DNA of 64,000 nt, taken from contig OZ199839.1 in NCBI GenBank assembly GCA_964304625.1, forward strand, positions 1,487,893 to 1,551,892, written 5' to 3'. Positions 43,103 to 56,800 of this stretch are shown here, piece after piece; position 1 is the first letter of the stretch; each line of letters starts with the position of its first letter. The position numbers were made by a program, and so were the translations under genes. Under the pieces are notes generated by a model. It had not been told where the DNA came from, searched no databases, and saw only the letters and a program-made list of their open reading frames with translations. The stretch comes from Kudoa neothunni (lineage: Eukaryota > Animalia > Cnidaria).

Positions 43103-46016
43103 TGTTTATTGTGAAAAAATGTAGAATTCTCAATCAAATATATATTTTAAGTATTAAATTAAATAAAATATTAGATAGTTTAGTGAAATTCTGTTATCTT
43201 TTTAATAATTTATTAATCAATGTTTTATTATTTATTGGGTATTAAGTACGTATACAAATTGAATAAAAACGATTTTGTGAGGAATTGAAAATTACGTTTC
43301 CGTTTCCGTTCATTTGAGTGTTAGTTTGATCAACGTTTCTAACGACAACCAGAATCAACCAAATTATTTTGCATACTATAAACATTATTGTGCCCGCTCG
43401 ACTGTCCAAACGAAATTAGCTTATCGGTAAATCTATTGATATGCATATTAAAAGCCATAAGGAGCGTTTATTCGGTAGATTACCTGGGCCGATCGGTTTT
43501 GTAGGAATTAAAGGATTTGGTATATATTGGATTGTAGGAGTGACGTCGGAGATTTTTAATTATAATTTTAAAAAGAATAATGATTTTATTTTTGTCTTAC
43601 ATAACTAATTTTTCATCAATCTTTTATGCTCAAATTAATTAAAGTTAACTTTGCATCTACGCCAAATAAATATAATAAACTTATATAATTTTTTTTCTAT
43701 TCTGATATTATTTTAGTCTTTTAGCAAGAGTAAGAAGTAGGTTTTGATTATTTGTCCTAAATATTACAGTTATTTTTTAAGCGTTTTATATAAATAAAAT
43801 GCTAAAAAATCATTTTCATATGATCTACAAACACAATTCGATATTATAAAAATTATTTTTTCGCTAAAATCCTAAATGATTAACACTAAAATAAATAATT
43901 CATAGTATTTACAGATTGAAATTATAATAATATCAAAAATGGAATTATCACTATATTTTTAAAACATTGTACTGCCTAATTCTCTTAAGAGATTCTAAGA
44001 AAAGTCAACATATAATCATTATTAGCAATATCGAATATTTTATACAATTATTTATTACAAAAAACGTTTCTTTGTAAATTTATTTAAAAATACATGAGTA
44101 ATATTTGGTGTTGTCTATAAGCTATGATATTGAGTTTGATAAAAGATTCCTATATTTCAAATTTTATAAAGCTATGTCAAAAAATATAATAAAATTAAAA
44201 AATAGCAAATTTTGAATATATAAAGTAATTTTTGATATATAAGCATTTCCGATAAAAAGATTATCAGATACCTAAGACAGCTATTGGCTAAAATTACTTG
44301 CTAATTTTATAAAAAGTCCAAATTATTTGTAGTATTCCTCCATAAATGTATTTATTGTTTGTTATATAATGCATTTAAAGATGTTTTTGAATATAAATTT
44401 CTATAGTTACTCTACAATACACAAATACCTTCACGGCTACGAATACATTATAAATAAATTGTTAATATTAACCTTCAGAGCGCATCAAAATCGACTATAC
44501 ATTTGTTGCTTTTGGGATAAATTTGACCTCAGAAACGCTCGGAAGGTTAATTATTTTAGAATTCAAATTTTTTCAATCGATAAAGAAGTATTTAACACAA
44601 AATTAATTAAAAATAAGTTAGAATATGTGGCAATACTTTGTGTTTTATTGAGATGAATATTATTCCCTCGTTTTACAAAATAGTAAAGTATTGGAATCAA
44701 ATCTTATTCATCAATTATTGAAGAGATACGGTTGGCGTGTTTTAATTTTTCTAAAATTTTTATTGGTTTTGGATGTATTTCGATAGGATAAGGCCAATTA
44801 ACTTTTACCTTGTTCTCCCATTAAAGATCTACCTCGGAAATAATAACTAATTGCATTCCTGATCTAGTTTTAGTAAAAGACACCCCGAAAATAATACAGA
44901 ATGATATTCCTGATCTAGTTTGTAATATTAACCCGTGTAAAATACTCAAAATCTGGATATTCTGAATTACTTAAAAAATAACTCTAACAATGTAATTTAA
45001 ATTGGTAGTTAATAATAACAAAAATATTGACGGCAATATACTAATTAATCACGTAGATTTCATGATTTTATTGTCGTATCACCTTCATTTTTATATAAAA
45101 AATAAACCTACTCATCAAATTATATATTCTACGCCTAACTTTTCCCAATAATAATGTTACTTTTTCTATTTAAAAATATCGTTTTTAATTCGATTATAGA
45201 AGCTAAATAACGCGTAGAGAGTTTGATATGTTAGAAATATAAGATTTTATGTCCTTTATAAAACAAAAAAATTTTTTTCTAATCCACATTATATTCAGAA
45301 AGATAAGGTGGTAAATAAGTTATTTCCAAAAAATTGGAATGTTATTAAAGTTAACAAAATCGCATGAATAAAACGATATAAAATACGTATCTAAAAATTA
45401 TATAAAATATTTTTCATCCCCAAGAGCTCACGAAATCTCTTCTACTTTATGGTTTAGCTTGAATATGTTTTTTTGTTCCCAGCAGCTTATGGGAAATATC
45501 TCGAAGACAATCAAATATTCGTTTTATCCTCTCTGTGCTCAAATAATGATTATAATTGTCATGTTTCGGATTTATTATTAGCGCTTTATCAGATCCAGCC
45601 TATTTGTAGTTGTATAGACTAAAATACGATAACGAGATACCGATATAAACTCTCGAACGTCCACATTTTTCTTGGGTTTATCCAAGTTCTCTACTCAAAA
45701 TGTTAAAAACATTTATGAAACGCAATAAAAACTTGTTTGATAGGAGAATAAGTGAATTTTTGAAATAATTATTAAAAATAAAATGTTCATCGAACTCAAC
45801 CAACAAAAGAATAGACGCAAGTTCTGTGTGACGCCTCAGTAACAATTGCATTTACAACAACAATAACAATTTATATTTCTCGTATGTTTATCATTGCTAT
45901 CTAAGCGAGTTACATAAATATGTGAATTTATATAAAATATTAATTGAAATACACCCCAAAAATGGAAACTAAATCTATTACAAAACTAAACTATCAACAA
46001 TTTCGGTATCTAAAAA

Positions 46017-46706
46017 TTATGAAATATCTTTTATAAAATCAGGAATGATGGCATTGCCGATGGTTTCCACTTCGGCCAACGAATTTAGAATGTTTTGAAA
46101 CTTTTGAATATCTTCATGGGAAACTGATTCATCGCCGATTATTCGTTTGACCAATCTTTCTCTCTTTGGTAGTAGAAACGATGCGGCTGCAACAGCCTTA
46201 CGTATGATCCAAATGTGTTTTTTCGAAATAGTCAAATCATAGCAATCACGAATAATTTGGCTTGAACTCATGTAGTGGTAAGAGTTGTTCAAAAGTCTAG
46301 TCAACCGTAATTAAAATAACGATTTTCAAACAGCATTGGGACACCTTTCGAATACGAGTCTAATGAATTCATAAGCGCGATGAAGAACAACAAAATTCCG
46401 TGTTCCGCTATCGAATACCAGCTTAGGATCGCTCAACATACCACTCGTCTTTTCGAACTCAATCATATCGACCACACTGATGTAATGCTGTTTGTTGGAT
46501 GTGGTGAGGAACGCACGTAATATAGCAAGTTTATTGTCAATGTCCAATCGCGCGAATCCAAATATTCCTCCAAATGCACCCACCACATCTCTGAAGCTCT
46601 CATAGATGTCACAATATAATTCAAGTGGTACAAGATTTTTGTGGGGTGATTCCAAAAATAAGGCAACCTTTGGTTCTAACTGTTCGAGATAATTTAACGA
46701 ACACAT
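46017..46706 (-). CDS. CPTP: GLTP-fold lipid transfer protein, CPTP/GLTPD1-like, 2 exons
   Basis: Motifs FGFARLDIDNKL, MIEFE, SGTRNFVVLHRAYEF and CYDLTISKKHIWIIRKAV...LPKR. One intron at ~46298-46344. Confidence 0.85.
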
Positions 46707-48523
46707 TCAATCGCTCCGTAACTCTACTATATATTCAATTCATAAATTTGGATGATGTTTTCGATGATTATTTACTTAAGCGAAACCTAAACGTATTCAG
46801 CCGATACATTGATACTTGTTGTGAGGTCCTATGGGTGTGATGACGTTCCTATGACGTTAACGGTAATCCAACCTAAGAATTAGATTAACAACAAATCATC
46901 AATATAGTAATCATTAGATGTCGAACGATTGTTCTTTTGATCCACAAAAGACGTTCCAATTTGTATAGACAAATAAAGCAGTATAATTTCGCTCCAATAT
47001 TCCAACGTTACACAAATAACTTGACGCCTTCAAGTGCAACCTATGCAAAATAATCATTTCTAATTGCTACAAGGTGCAGACTTTTTAAGTGATGTTACCA
47101 TTAATCAATTCTGTTTTTCTCTTCGATGGCAAAAATAATTGTACTAATGAAAGCAATTTTTATCTTTTAATATTAATCGTTTAAAGTAATCTTTGGCAAG
47201 TTAGTGATTAAAAAGTGTTTCTTGTTGTATCAAACTTAGATTTTGTCTTATTGAGGTATTTGAGCTCAAATTTTTATGTTATAACAATCAATTTTAAAAA
47301 AAGTTATTACAACCAAATATTAAGAGCCCCTATGGAAGCTTTTTTCAAAATAATTAAATAGATATATTTGTATATATACATCTGACTGTAAATCAACGAG
47401 ATAAAACCACTAGGAAAAAATAAAATAAATTAAATTTTACAAATAATTAGATTTTAGGCATGGTTTAACTAATACAATTCCCATAATGGATCAAAATATG
47501 ACATTGGGATTAAAATTGCGTGATAAATCAAATTCTCTTCCCTTTCTATGAATTGCCGTCTTTAATGATGTCCCATGTTTTAAATTCCTATTCTTGAATG
47601 GTTGCATAACCGCAAAATAGTATTCAAAAATAAGAAATTTTCGCACATTATAGAGAATATAAATATTACCGTAATTTTTTTAAGTGCGAAAAATCCGAAT
47701 GGATGTCTTTATAATTAACGATATGCTTTATTTAAAATTAAAATACCTACAATACAAATGTATCAAAATAATGTTAAAATTAAACGTTATACCAAACCAT
47801 TCTTAGATTCCACAAAACATAAATTTAAGCTAAAAAGAATATGCCAATAATTCATTAAAATAAGCACATTTTTAAATTTTATATTTGAATTGAGACCTTT
47901 TTCGAATTTTTCATCATCAAAAGCGACGATGCAAAGCCTTTATAACCGCGGATAATTTTGGAAATATGACGAAGCGTTAATGTGTCAGAATTGTAAATGT
48001 TTTAAATTGTACAAAACTTTTGGATTTAGGATATTTAGTGATAAGCTATGATTAAAAGTATTTACTAATAAATTATCAAAAAATTCTAAATTAACGCAAT
48101 ATTTCAACATTTTCTAGCAAATCGCGCACGCGTAACATATCACCTCATAATTTGCTCAAAATCAGGGTTTTTTATTAAAAACGTTTAAAATCAAAAAATT
48201 TTATGTTTTAAGATTATTTCCATAATTTTCATCGCATTTAATCATTCATTAATACGAAACCTAATAACTAAATAATTTCTTTGAATCTGTTCTCTATTTG
48301 GATATAAATGCAAACAATTATTTAAGGGATGATACAAATGTTCGTTTCAGTTCTCAATTCTTTAGATGATGATTTTTATAGGTTCTATAACATTTAACAG
48401 ATAGCGAACACATAATCTAACATGATAAAATTATATAATGACCGCTTTCGAATTCTGTATATCAAAAAAAATATTTTGTATTAAATATTCGTCAAAATAA
48501 TTGGAATTTTTAATCTAACTTAA

Positions 48524-49324
48524 CCCTCTAATGTACTAAAAATAGACTGCGCTACGATGAATTTTGAGGTAAAAAATTACCCCAGTATTTTATTTCTCCA
48601 TTCGAACCATAAAAAATATTTGGTTCCAGAAAATAAAAATGGGCATAATCTCATGGGTAGATTCAGCTGTAAAACAACTAACATCTCATGCAGTAATCCT
48701 CATAATCCCACGAAAACTGTATTCTTTAGGATCTCTCATGGCAGTTTTTGATTAAAGCTTAATGTTAGAGTAGATTGCATATTTATATCAAGCAATAAAT
48801 ATTTTTCTTATTATTCAATCAATAAAATAGAATATTTAATGAGAACAATATTTGCAAGTACTCAGAATGAATTTTGCAACAGTTTCATACATCTGAAACA
48901 AGCAATAATGGGTTTCTTATCGATTTGCCGTAAAAAACATTTAAACCTTGAAAACATTGTTCATTTATTTGGTGTGCTGAGTTATAACCGATTAGATAAG
49001 GTTGAGCTCGTAGGATTTTGGGGCTTCAGGATGTTTCTTTCTATTAACGGAAAGATATAATAACTTTGTCTTATTTTCAAAAACTTTCTCCTAACCATAT
49101 TATCTCCAAAGTTTTGTTTGTATACGGAAAACGCATTTATAAATAATGATGCAATTAATTATAGAGACAACACCATAGGTCGTCATTACTGATTGTGGAT
49201 TGAGCCGAATTCTCAAAATTTTCAATCTCGTTAGATTCTTACGACATATCAATTTCAAAGTATTCATAATCATTTAACTGCTATTGGTGAAAATCCATCT
49301 CCATCATTGTTATGATAAAATTAA
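48524..49324 (-). mobile_element. Internally deleted piggyBac remnant abutting the MULE
   Basis: TTAA|CCCTCTAATG end. Minus strand reads RPMVLSL*LIASLFINAFSVYK...RRKFL (canonical RWPM...INAF...RRKFL) followed by a degraded Cys-rich C-terminal domain. Confidence 0.65.
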
Positions 49325-52300
49325 GGCAGTGGCTATTACCACGGGAATCAATTTCTCTGCAATTATTATCTCTATTAAATAACTAATTTCATAATACTAT
49401 TATTTATATTTTTCTCCACCTAAATTATTGAATTAGGTAACAATTGAGAATATCTTTTTTTACATATTTATATTGTTTATTTTATTGATTGTTTTCCATA
49501 ATTAAATGAAAAATTTATTAATCTTAATTTAATACATGATCAAAATTGTATTATATCATTTTCTGTCAATAATAATATTAAAGTTGAAGAATTGTGTGTG
49601 TTATTGTTTAAGTCTGACATTACTATAGAAGCGCGCGCTTCCACATGATATATTCAACCTCGTGTTATTTAATTTATTTTCAATCTTTATAATGTTTAAA
49701 TTATGTGATTTATCGTATTCTATTAATAAATTATGAACTTAAAGATAATATATGCTCACTATATTTCACAGATATGATGTGAATTTTCCGCTTTATATTT
49801 CAATATAGACAAGAAATTTGAGAAAAACTAATCATAATTAGGTCATTTTTCAGAAATTAGATGAATATAACACGATGAACAATGGCTATCCTAGTCAAAT
49901 AAATAATGAGAGATCTAAGAAAATTTAGTTTTTTTGTTGTATCCAATAGTGGTTAAAGCGTATCCCCTTGGTCTCCCAACAGACTTCACTCGAGAGGGAA
50001 TTTTTAAGGCTAAAATAATTTAAAAAAAGAAAGGAAATGAAAGTACCATCAAGCTCGATCATATTTAAAGTAGGTGCTAATTGATCTTTAGATAAAACAA
50101 TTTGGAGCTCGGGAGCAATTTTCATTTGAAATATTATTAACAATAATATTCTCGATAATCTCCTCACCTTGCGGAACAATATTATTACCAACACCCTCAA
50201 CAATTATTTGAGAATTAAAAATATTCTCAATAACATCTATTTTTTGTAAGTTAGATACGAGTAAAATATTCAAGTTAAGCGTCATATACCTCTTCCTTCA
50301 GAGATATCTTCATCTTCGGCTATAGCCTCAGAGTATTCAATGGTGCGATTTCCTAAAAATAAATCAAGAAAAATTAAGTTTTCTTAAAATACCTAATTGA
50401 TTTTTTTTTATTAATTTGATGTCGTGGTTCTTGATTATTTTTTCTATTGTGTTGAATAGTGATAGGCAACTATCATATAACTCCCCACAATATTCAGCGG
50501 ACAAAGCTGCTAGCTTATTTGTGTAAATCACAGAGTTTTTTAAATGTTTTCCATAAGAATTTAAAAATTCCTTTTGGTTTTATTGTAATACTCTCTTTTG
50601 GTGTTATATTTATAGTTTCCATTTCCAAGAATTGGCTCATGTAATCTTTTGACCATCTAGGGTGGTATCGATTTGAACCGAACATTGGAAGCAGGTTAAA
50701 CGCTCTCTTTTTAAAAATATGACTACATGGAAGGAGATACGATCTGTAAATATAACAATTGCATCTTATGGATGTAGTTAAACTATCTGTATTCGTGTTT
50801 TCGTCAAAATTTTGAATTTGTGGATTATATTGAAGGCAAATGGATTTAAATGATTAAAATACGCGTTTTAGAACTTCACTTGAGGTATCAACATTAATTG
50901 GGTTCAGTAATATTTTGGTTATATTGTATTTTCTTTCTATTCTCACTGATTTGAGAGCGTCAAAGAAATAGCGGAAAAAATCATGGAGATTCGAAAATTT
51001 CTTTATTGTTTGTTTTAGTTGGCCGTTAATGACTTCTAATCTATTATTGGTCAAGTTTTCATAGAAACGATATGCTACACTTAATCCTATGACCCATTCA
51101 TCAGCGATTGGTTCCCAATTGGATTTAAAAATAGTTAATAAACTTATCGTTGCTTTGTTGAAAAAGGTTATTGCATAACTTATCGAATTCATGTTTATTT
51201 TTCGAATAGATAATTTTTATTAAGAGTTTCAAGCAGTTGGTCCCTTTTCTCTCGTGTGATACCGTATTTCGACATAGTTATTTCACGTCTGAAACTTTGA
51301 GAAACATGAAATATACAGATCATTAGATTGGGAGTTTGGCAATAATTCTTTCAAACACTTCCTTAGAGTGTGGTGCTTGTCAGTAATGGTCGTTCGGACA
51401 TTTTGAGTCATGTTCAGCATCATTTTTATTAGTTGAGAAATATACCATTTAATTGACTCCGCCGTTTCATCGTACAAGATGCAGCCGCTAGTTATGTGGG
51501 CTTCACCAACCGAGTCTTCTGCAACAGACATACAATGGCGCACTAATAAACTAATAAAACAACGAAATAGAGAAAACCTCCTAAGATTACCGTGAGACTA
51601 GCAGTTTATAGATTGCATCAAACATGGATAACTGGGAAGAAATTAATTGTGTTGAATATCTGCTTATCCATAAAAAAGATTCCACAAACATTTTTATTAT
51701 CACCTAATAAAACGCTCACTATGCAGTATCAGTATTAGTGATTTTTTAAAATTTCCACAACTAAAGTAATGTTATCAGATCCGACTTTTGAGATTTTTTT
51801 TAATGTTGTGAATAGCTTTCAAAGGTATATTCTTGCCTGAATCGCCATTTAACTTGGCTTGTATGAGTTTTTTGTTCGTTTCTGAGAGAAAGAAGCTCTG
51901 ACAAATAGCCATCACTTTGGTTTAATTTCCTCTGACTGGGTAAGTTTTTCATAGATCAACGGATCATTTGGATAGTTAGGGGTAGTGTTAGAAGATCTAA
52001 TCTCCAGGAAATTTCCATCTACACTTACTCTTAATGTAACTTTACATGGGCAATTTCTCTTAAGGGAAATTTTCTTATGCTTTCGCCTTTAACTCTATTT
52101 CGATAATGGGCTCCAAAGTAACATACATAAGTTATTTCGTAATACATTGGCGTGTTTTTAATATTTCGATTAACCCGGTTTTACACTGAGTCCAATTCTT
52201 CTTGAATCTTTAGATTCACAAAATGACTTTTCTCATACTCTTTAATATAGACTTTTAAACTTTTAAAAGTTTAAAATTTCATTCCAACATGAAAATTGTC

Positions 52301-52661
52301 CGAATTCGAATCTCTCATTGTAGTTCAACCAAATTCGTAAAACACGTTAGAGTTATGTTTACACTGGCATGGCTCAGAGCAATAATTTAGAAAATTATTA
52401 ATATTTATAATTAATTTAACGTTAATATTGTTTTAGTCTATTAAATTGGCTAACATTTATGTTACTAGCCGTCTATTTTCCATAAATTTACAACCATCTC
52501 AAATTTCTTTATTTTTCATAATTTAGTAGAGAAAAATATAAATAATAGTAATGTGAAATTAGTTATTTAATAGAGATAATAATTGCAGAGACATTGATTC
52601 CCGTGGTAAGAGCATGTGCCGAAGGTGGGGATTACACGGATCCATGGTAATAGCCACTGCC
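49325..52661 (-). mobile_element. Mutator-like (MULE) transposon with ~100-bp TIRs and a fragmented MULE+SWIM transposase (~50290-52310)
   Basis: TIR GGCAGTGGCTATTACC...ATTTCTCTGCAATTATTATCTCTATTAAATAACTAATTTC at 49325-49427 matches an inverted copy at 52518-52661. Internal TTITDKHHTLRKCLKELLP and a SWIM finger CNCYIYRSYLLPCSHIF. Many stops and frameshifts; TSD not evident. Confidence 0.88.
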
Positions 52662-53892
52662 AATTTTGAATGATTTTTTTTTTCAATTTTGATGAATTAA
52701 ATTGATCTGTTATCGTACACATTTTACTTTTATTATCTTCTCGCCTAGTTAAAACGACACTTTTTGTGGTAAATTCAAATTTTGTTAGAAAATGATTAGT
52801 TATCAAGAAAAAGAATTATTTTTATTTTTAAAGTTAATTGGTTTTTTCTCTGTTTATCGTATGCTATATTAGACTCACCAGTTAATGAAAGTGTGCTGCC
52901 CGTCGTGAGCCATAGTTCATATTTGACCCTCAATTATTAATGTACTAACTATAAGTATTATGATTTAGTCGCAAGGCTGATTTTCAAATATTCGATTAAG
53001 ATTAAGTATATTAATAGCCACATAGATGTTTAGCTCAGTATTTGACAAGTAATGAAGTAATCCAAAGGATATAAATCACAATATTTAGATTTATCTGAAT
53101 ATAAATAAGAAACCTAATATTTTTCTTATAACGAGTAAATGGGTACTTTGTTTGAGCATAATCTTATTTTTTTATTATTTAAGAAAACTCAAAAAGAAGT
53201 TATTTAGGATTATAAAGTAGTAAATATGAACTTGAGAAATCTCAATTTTGAAATGAATAAGATTTGTTTAATGATCTGTTAACAAATTAAATTATTTTAC
53301 ATTATTTTGGTCACCATTTTTACTGTTAAATAATTCAATCACAATCTCTAATTAGTCGATATTTTACAGGATCATTTTATGTGATTAAAAATGAATATAT
53401 TTATGAGAGTTAAAAAGGATTAAAATTTAAACAAATTTGGAACAAATAATTAAGAATTATTTTTATGTCCATTAACACGAAAATACTATATTATTGTATT
53501 TATCAAACTTTGAGTTTTTTTAGTCGGTAACATAATTGAACAACTTTTCTTGCCTGTACACCATTAGCAGATTTGGAATTATTGGTACGGAACCATTTCG
53601 GATAATTAAGTGAGATTATAATAATTAGGTTTAAGGTAACGCAAAACATACCAATAAAAAAATATTGTCAATAGATGGATAATTAATTGAAATAATAAAT
53701 AAATAGTCAACCAGAAAATTTTCGCCAAGTATGATACTCCTAAAGTATTTTTACCATAAAAAATTGGTACGTACTGAAAGTATAATAAATGGTTTAGCGG
53801 AAGTATTTTTTGAGATTAGATTAAATTCAATTGTACTTCGAAGTATTGAAATATGACTAATCCTAATTTTTGCTCTCTCTGGTTGTGACATT

Positions 53893-56800
53893 ATGATGTT
53901 TCGCTCAAAATCGTCTTTGGGTGATGATCTCCAAAATGAAAAAGGTATACCAACATCTCTAACTAAATAGAATTAACACAATTTATTTAAAATTTACCTT
54001 CTACATCATTAAAGATATGTCGGTACAATTGAAAACAACCGAGGCAGCGCTACGTCCGCAGAAAGTCACAGAACAAGATGATTGAAAAAGATTTGATTGA
54101 GATTCTTCAAATGAAACACGAAATGGAGTCAGCTTATTTGAAATCATTAAATAGGATTCAAAGTATGTGCTCAGAAAGAGGAAATAAATATTGTAATGAT
54201 CAAGATGATTTGTAAGAGTTGAACTTTTATCGTATTATTCTAATAAATAAGTATAGTTCTTCGACGAGTTTTGTGTTTTCATTTTATGAAATCGTTCGGA
54301 TTGTATATGCAACAGAGACATGAAAGCTTGAAAGAGAATTTAACATTCTCCTCTGAATTCATCAAATACATTTCTGAAGGACTAGACAATATTTCTAGTT
54401 ATACGGCCAAGCAGGTAATTCATTCTAAATAGCTATAAGCATACTTTATAAAGAATTTTATTCTTTTTAATTTAATCCTCTAATGAATTCGTGATGTATT
54501 AAATACCAAATAACCTCTCCCACGAACTTGACGTGTGTTACACATCAAATAATTCTCTCACAATCTTGTGGTGTATTTTACACAAAATCAACTTTGATCT
54601 CCTCCTAAAACCTTGTGTATTCCTTTCAAATTCGTGGAGTTAGCCTTATTCGTCTAAATAAGTGACGTATACCATTGGTTTAAGTTTGAAATAAATAATC
54701 GTGAATCAACTGTAAAATAATCTTCTAACGCTAACGAACATAGATACCTTAGTAACACCAGATATTTTCATAATTATTTTTTATCCCGTTCTCACCAATG
54801 CTCATTTAAAAATTTAAATAAATAAGAGAAAACGTCGCAGAGTTATGGGGATTTACTTGAATATGTATTCAAAACTAGTTTTAAAATATTATAGTGAATT
54901 TTATCAATTTAGAAACAAATTAAAAATAATTTTAGTGAGTTATAACACTAGAATACGCATTCGAAAATTTAAAGTAGTGTAATTCTAGACAAAGTAATTA
55001 ATTTTAAGGTATTATAACAATAATTTTTATAAAATAATATAATTACCATGCTTTATAAATGTTCATAAATATATTTAAACAGTTTTTTTAATTTAAATAA
55101 TGTATACAGAATTTATTGCTATGTATTATCTAATAAATCATTATTATTATCATTTATAATTATACAAAATATCCACCTCAAGCAGATTATTAGTCCAACC
55201 TCAAGGGAAAAATATACATACTAAAACTCAATTTACTGTGAAAATTATTAAAAGTATCAGTCTTGAATATTTTTAGGTACGAAATAACAATCTGTTGTAT
55301 CTTTTTTTAATAGCTTCATCTTTAAACATTTATGAACTTTTCATAACTTTGAAAATGAAAAGTTTACACCAAAACTGGTGCGAATAAACAAAAAAATTGA
55401 TTGTTATGGTTAGATTGACTATATAAGGCCACAGTTTACAAATGAGATACAAAACACATTTTCAATGCATTTTATATTCATCGTGAGATTTTCTCGCTGT
55501 TATGGTGCATAAGAATAGGATTTCTATTTAATTTTCATTTATTCTAATAATTTGATGATATAAATTAGTAGAAATAATTCATCGAGTATTTTTACTTTTT
55601 AATTCGTTTTAACTAACCATTTTCATCTAATATAATATCTTCAGGCCACAAACAAAAAACTTGTGAATAAAAGGATTAATAATTATATTTGAAGTAACTC
55701 CGAGAATAATAGTAACTTTTATCGATGAATGTTGGAAAAAAATATTAAAAAAATTTATATTTAATAATCAGACTCAGTAAATTCGCGAAATAACTCTTTT
55801 TTAATAATTCGTAATCGTGATAATTGTTGGCTTTCAAAAGGCCGATCAACAATGCTTTATCAAACTTAATATTTTAAACTGAAGATAGATTTTAATTTAT
55901 GTAAAATTTTAATATTTGTTGTCTTGTTTTTTGGCCAATACACAATAATATAAATTTTAACAGCGGCAAAAAATTAGAAAAGTGTATAATATACTCATCG
56001 AACTGGATTAATGGGGATAAAATGAAACAGCGGTTATGATTTTTCCAAAATTCGAAACGATAAAATATTTTTAATTAAATCAAACGTTATAAAATATTTT
56101 TGCTAAAATATTACTCGATAAAAATGGGATTAATACAATTTCATGATTCGTTTGAGCGTTGGAGTGTGGTTGTATTCGAATAACTTAGAGGATAAAATAT
56201 TTATTAGTAAATGTATCGCCTTTTGTGTATTATCGAGGTGTGAAAGTTATCATCTTTACAATCACATGACGATTGCACATTAAATTCTGTTTAATTTCTT
56301 CAGATTATTAAAATTGTTATAAAAAATCAACATAGAGCAAAGAAAATATAAAAAATCTATATAACGAAATATTTAAGGCAACCCGCGAATGCGATAATGT
56401 AAGTTATTCTAAATCACAAATAAATTGATATTATTCACCCGTAATTTTAGGACAAAACAAAGTATCAAAAGGCCTTCCATGAATATAAGGAAGGTTCTTC
56501 AAAATATGTTCGTGAGAAGAGTAAGTGGACATCAGCATCCTCGTCCTCAGAATCAAACGGATCTAAGTTTCATGAAGTAATAGATTGATAAATTTTTAAC
56601 TTAAGCATTTCTATAGCTGGAAGAACATTTAAAGACTCTTCGCAATAATCTAGCGCATTCTAGATTTATTTATATGGAAAGTTTTCAAAGAACACAAAAT
56701 TTAGTCACGTTCCTACAGAATAAACAACAGCATGAAATTCCTTTTGTATCTCATTAGTTTATATTTCATAATTTATTTACACTTTTATCACTTTATATAC

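Noticed and set aside
43479-43519. Collagen-like G-X-Y stretch (LPGPIGFVGIKGF)
   Set aside because: Only about 4 triplets with no partner exons nearby; compatible with chance.
44835-44970. Two to three ~49-bp imperfect tandem units (ATTCCTGATCTAGTTT)
   Set aside because: Too few units, and the intervening sequences resemble each other. More likely a transposon subterminal repeat than a functional array.
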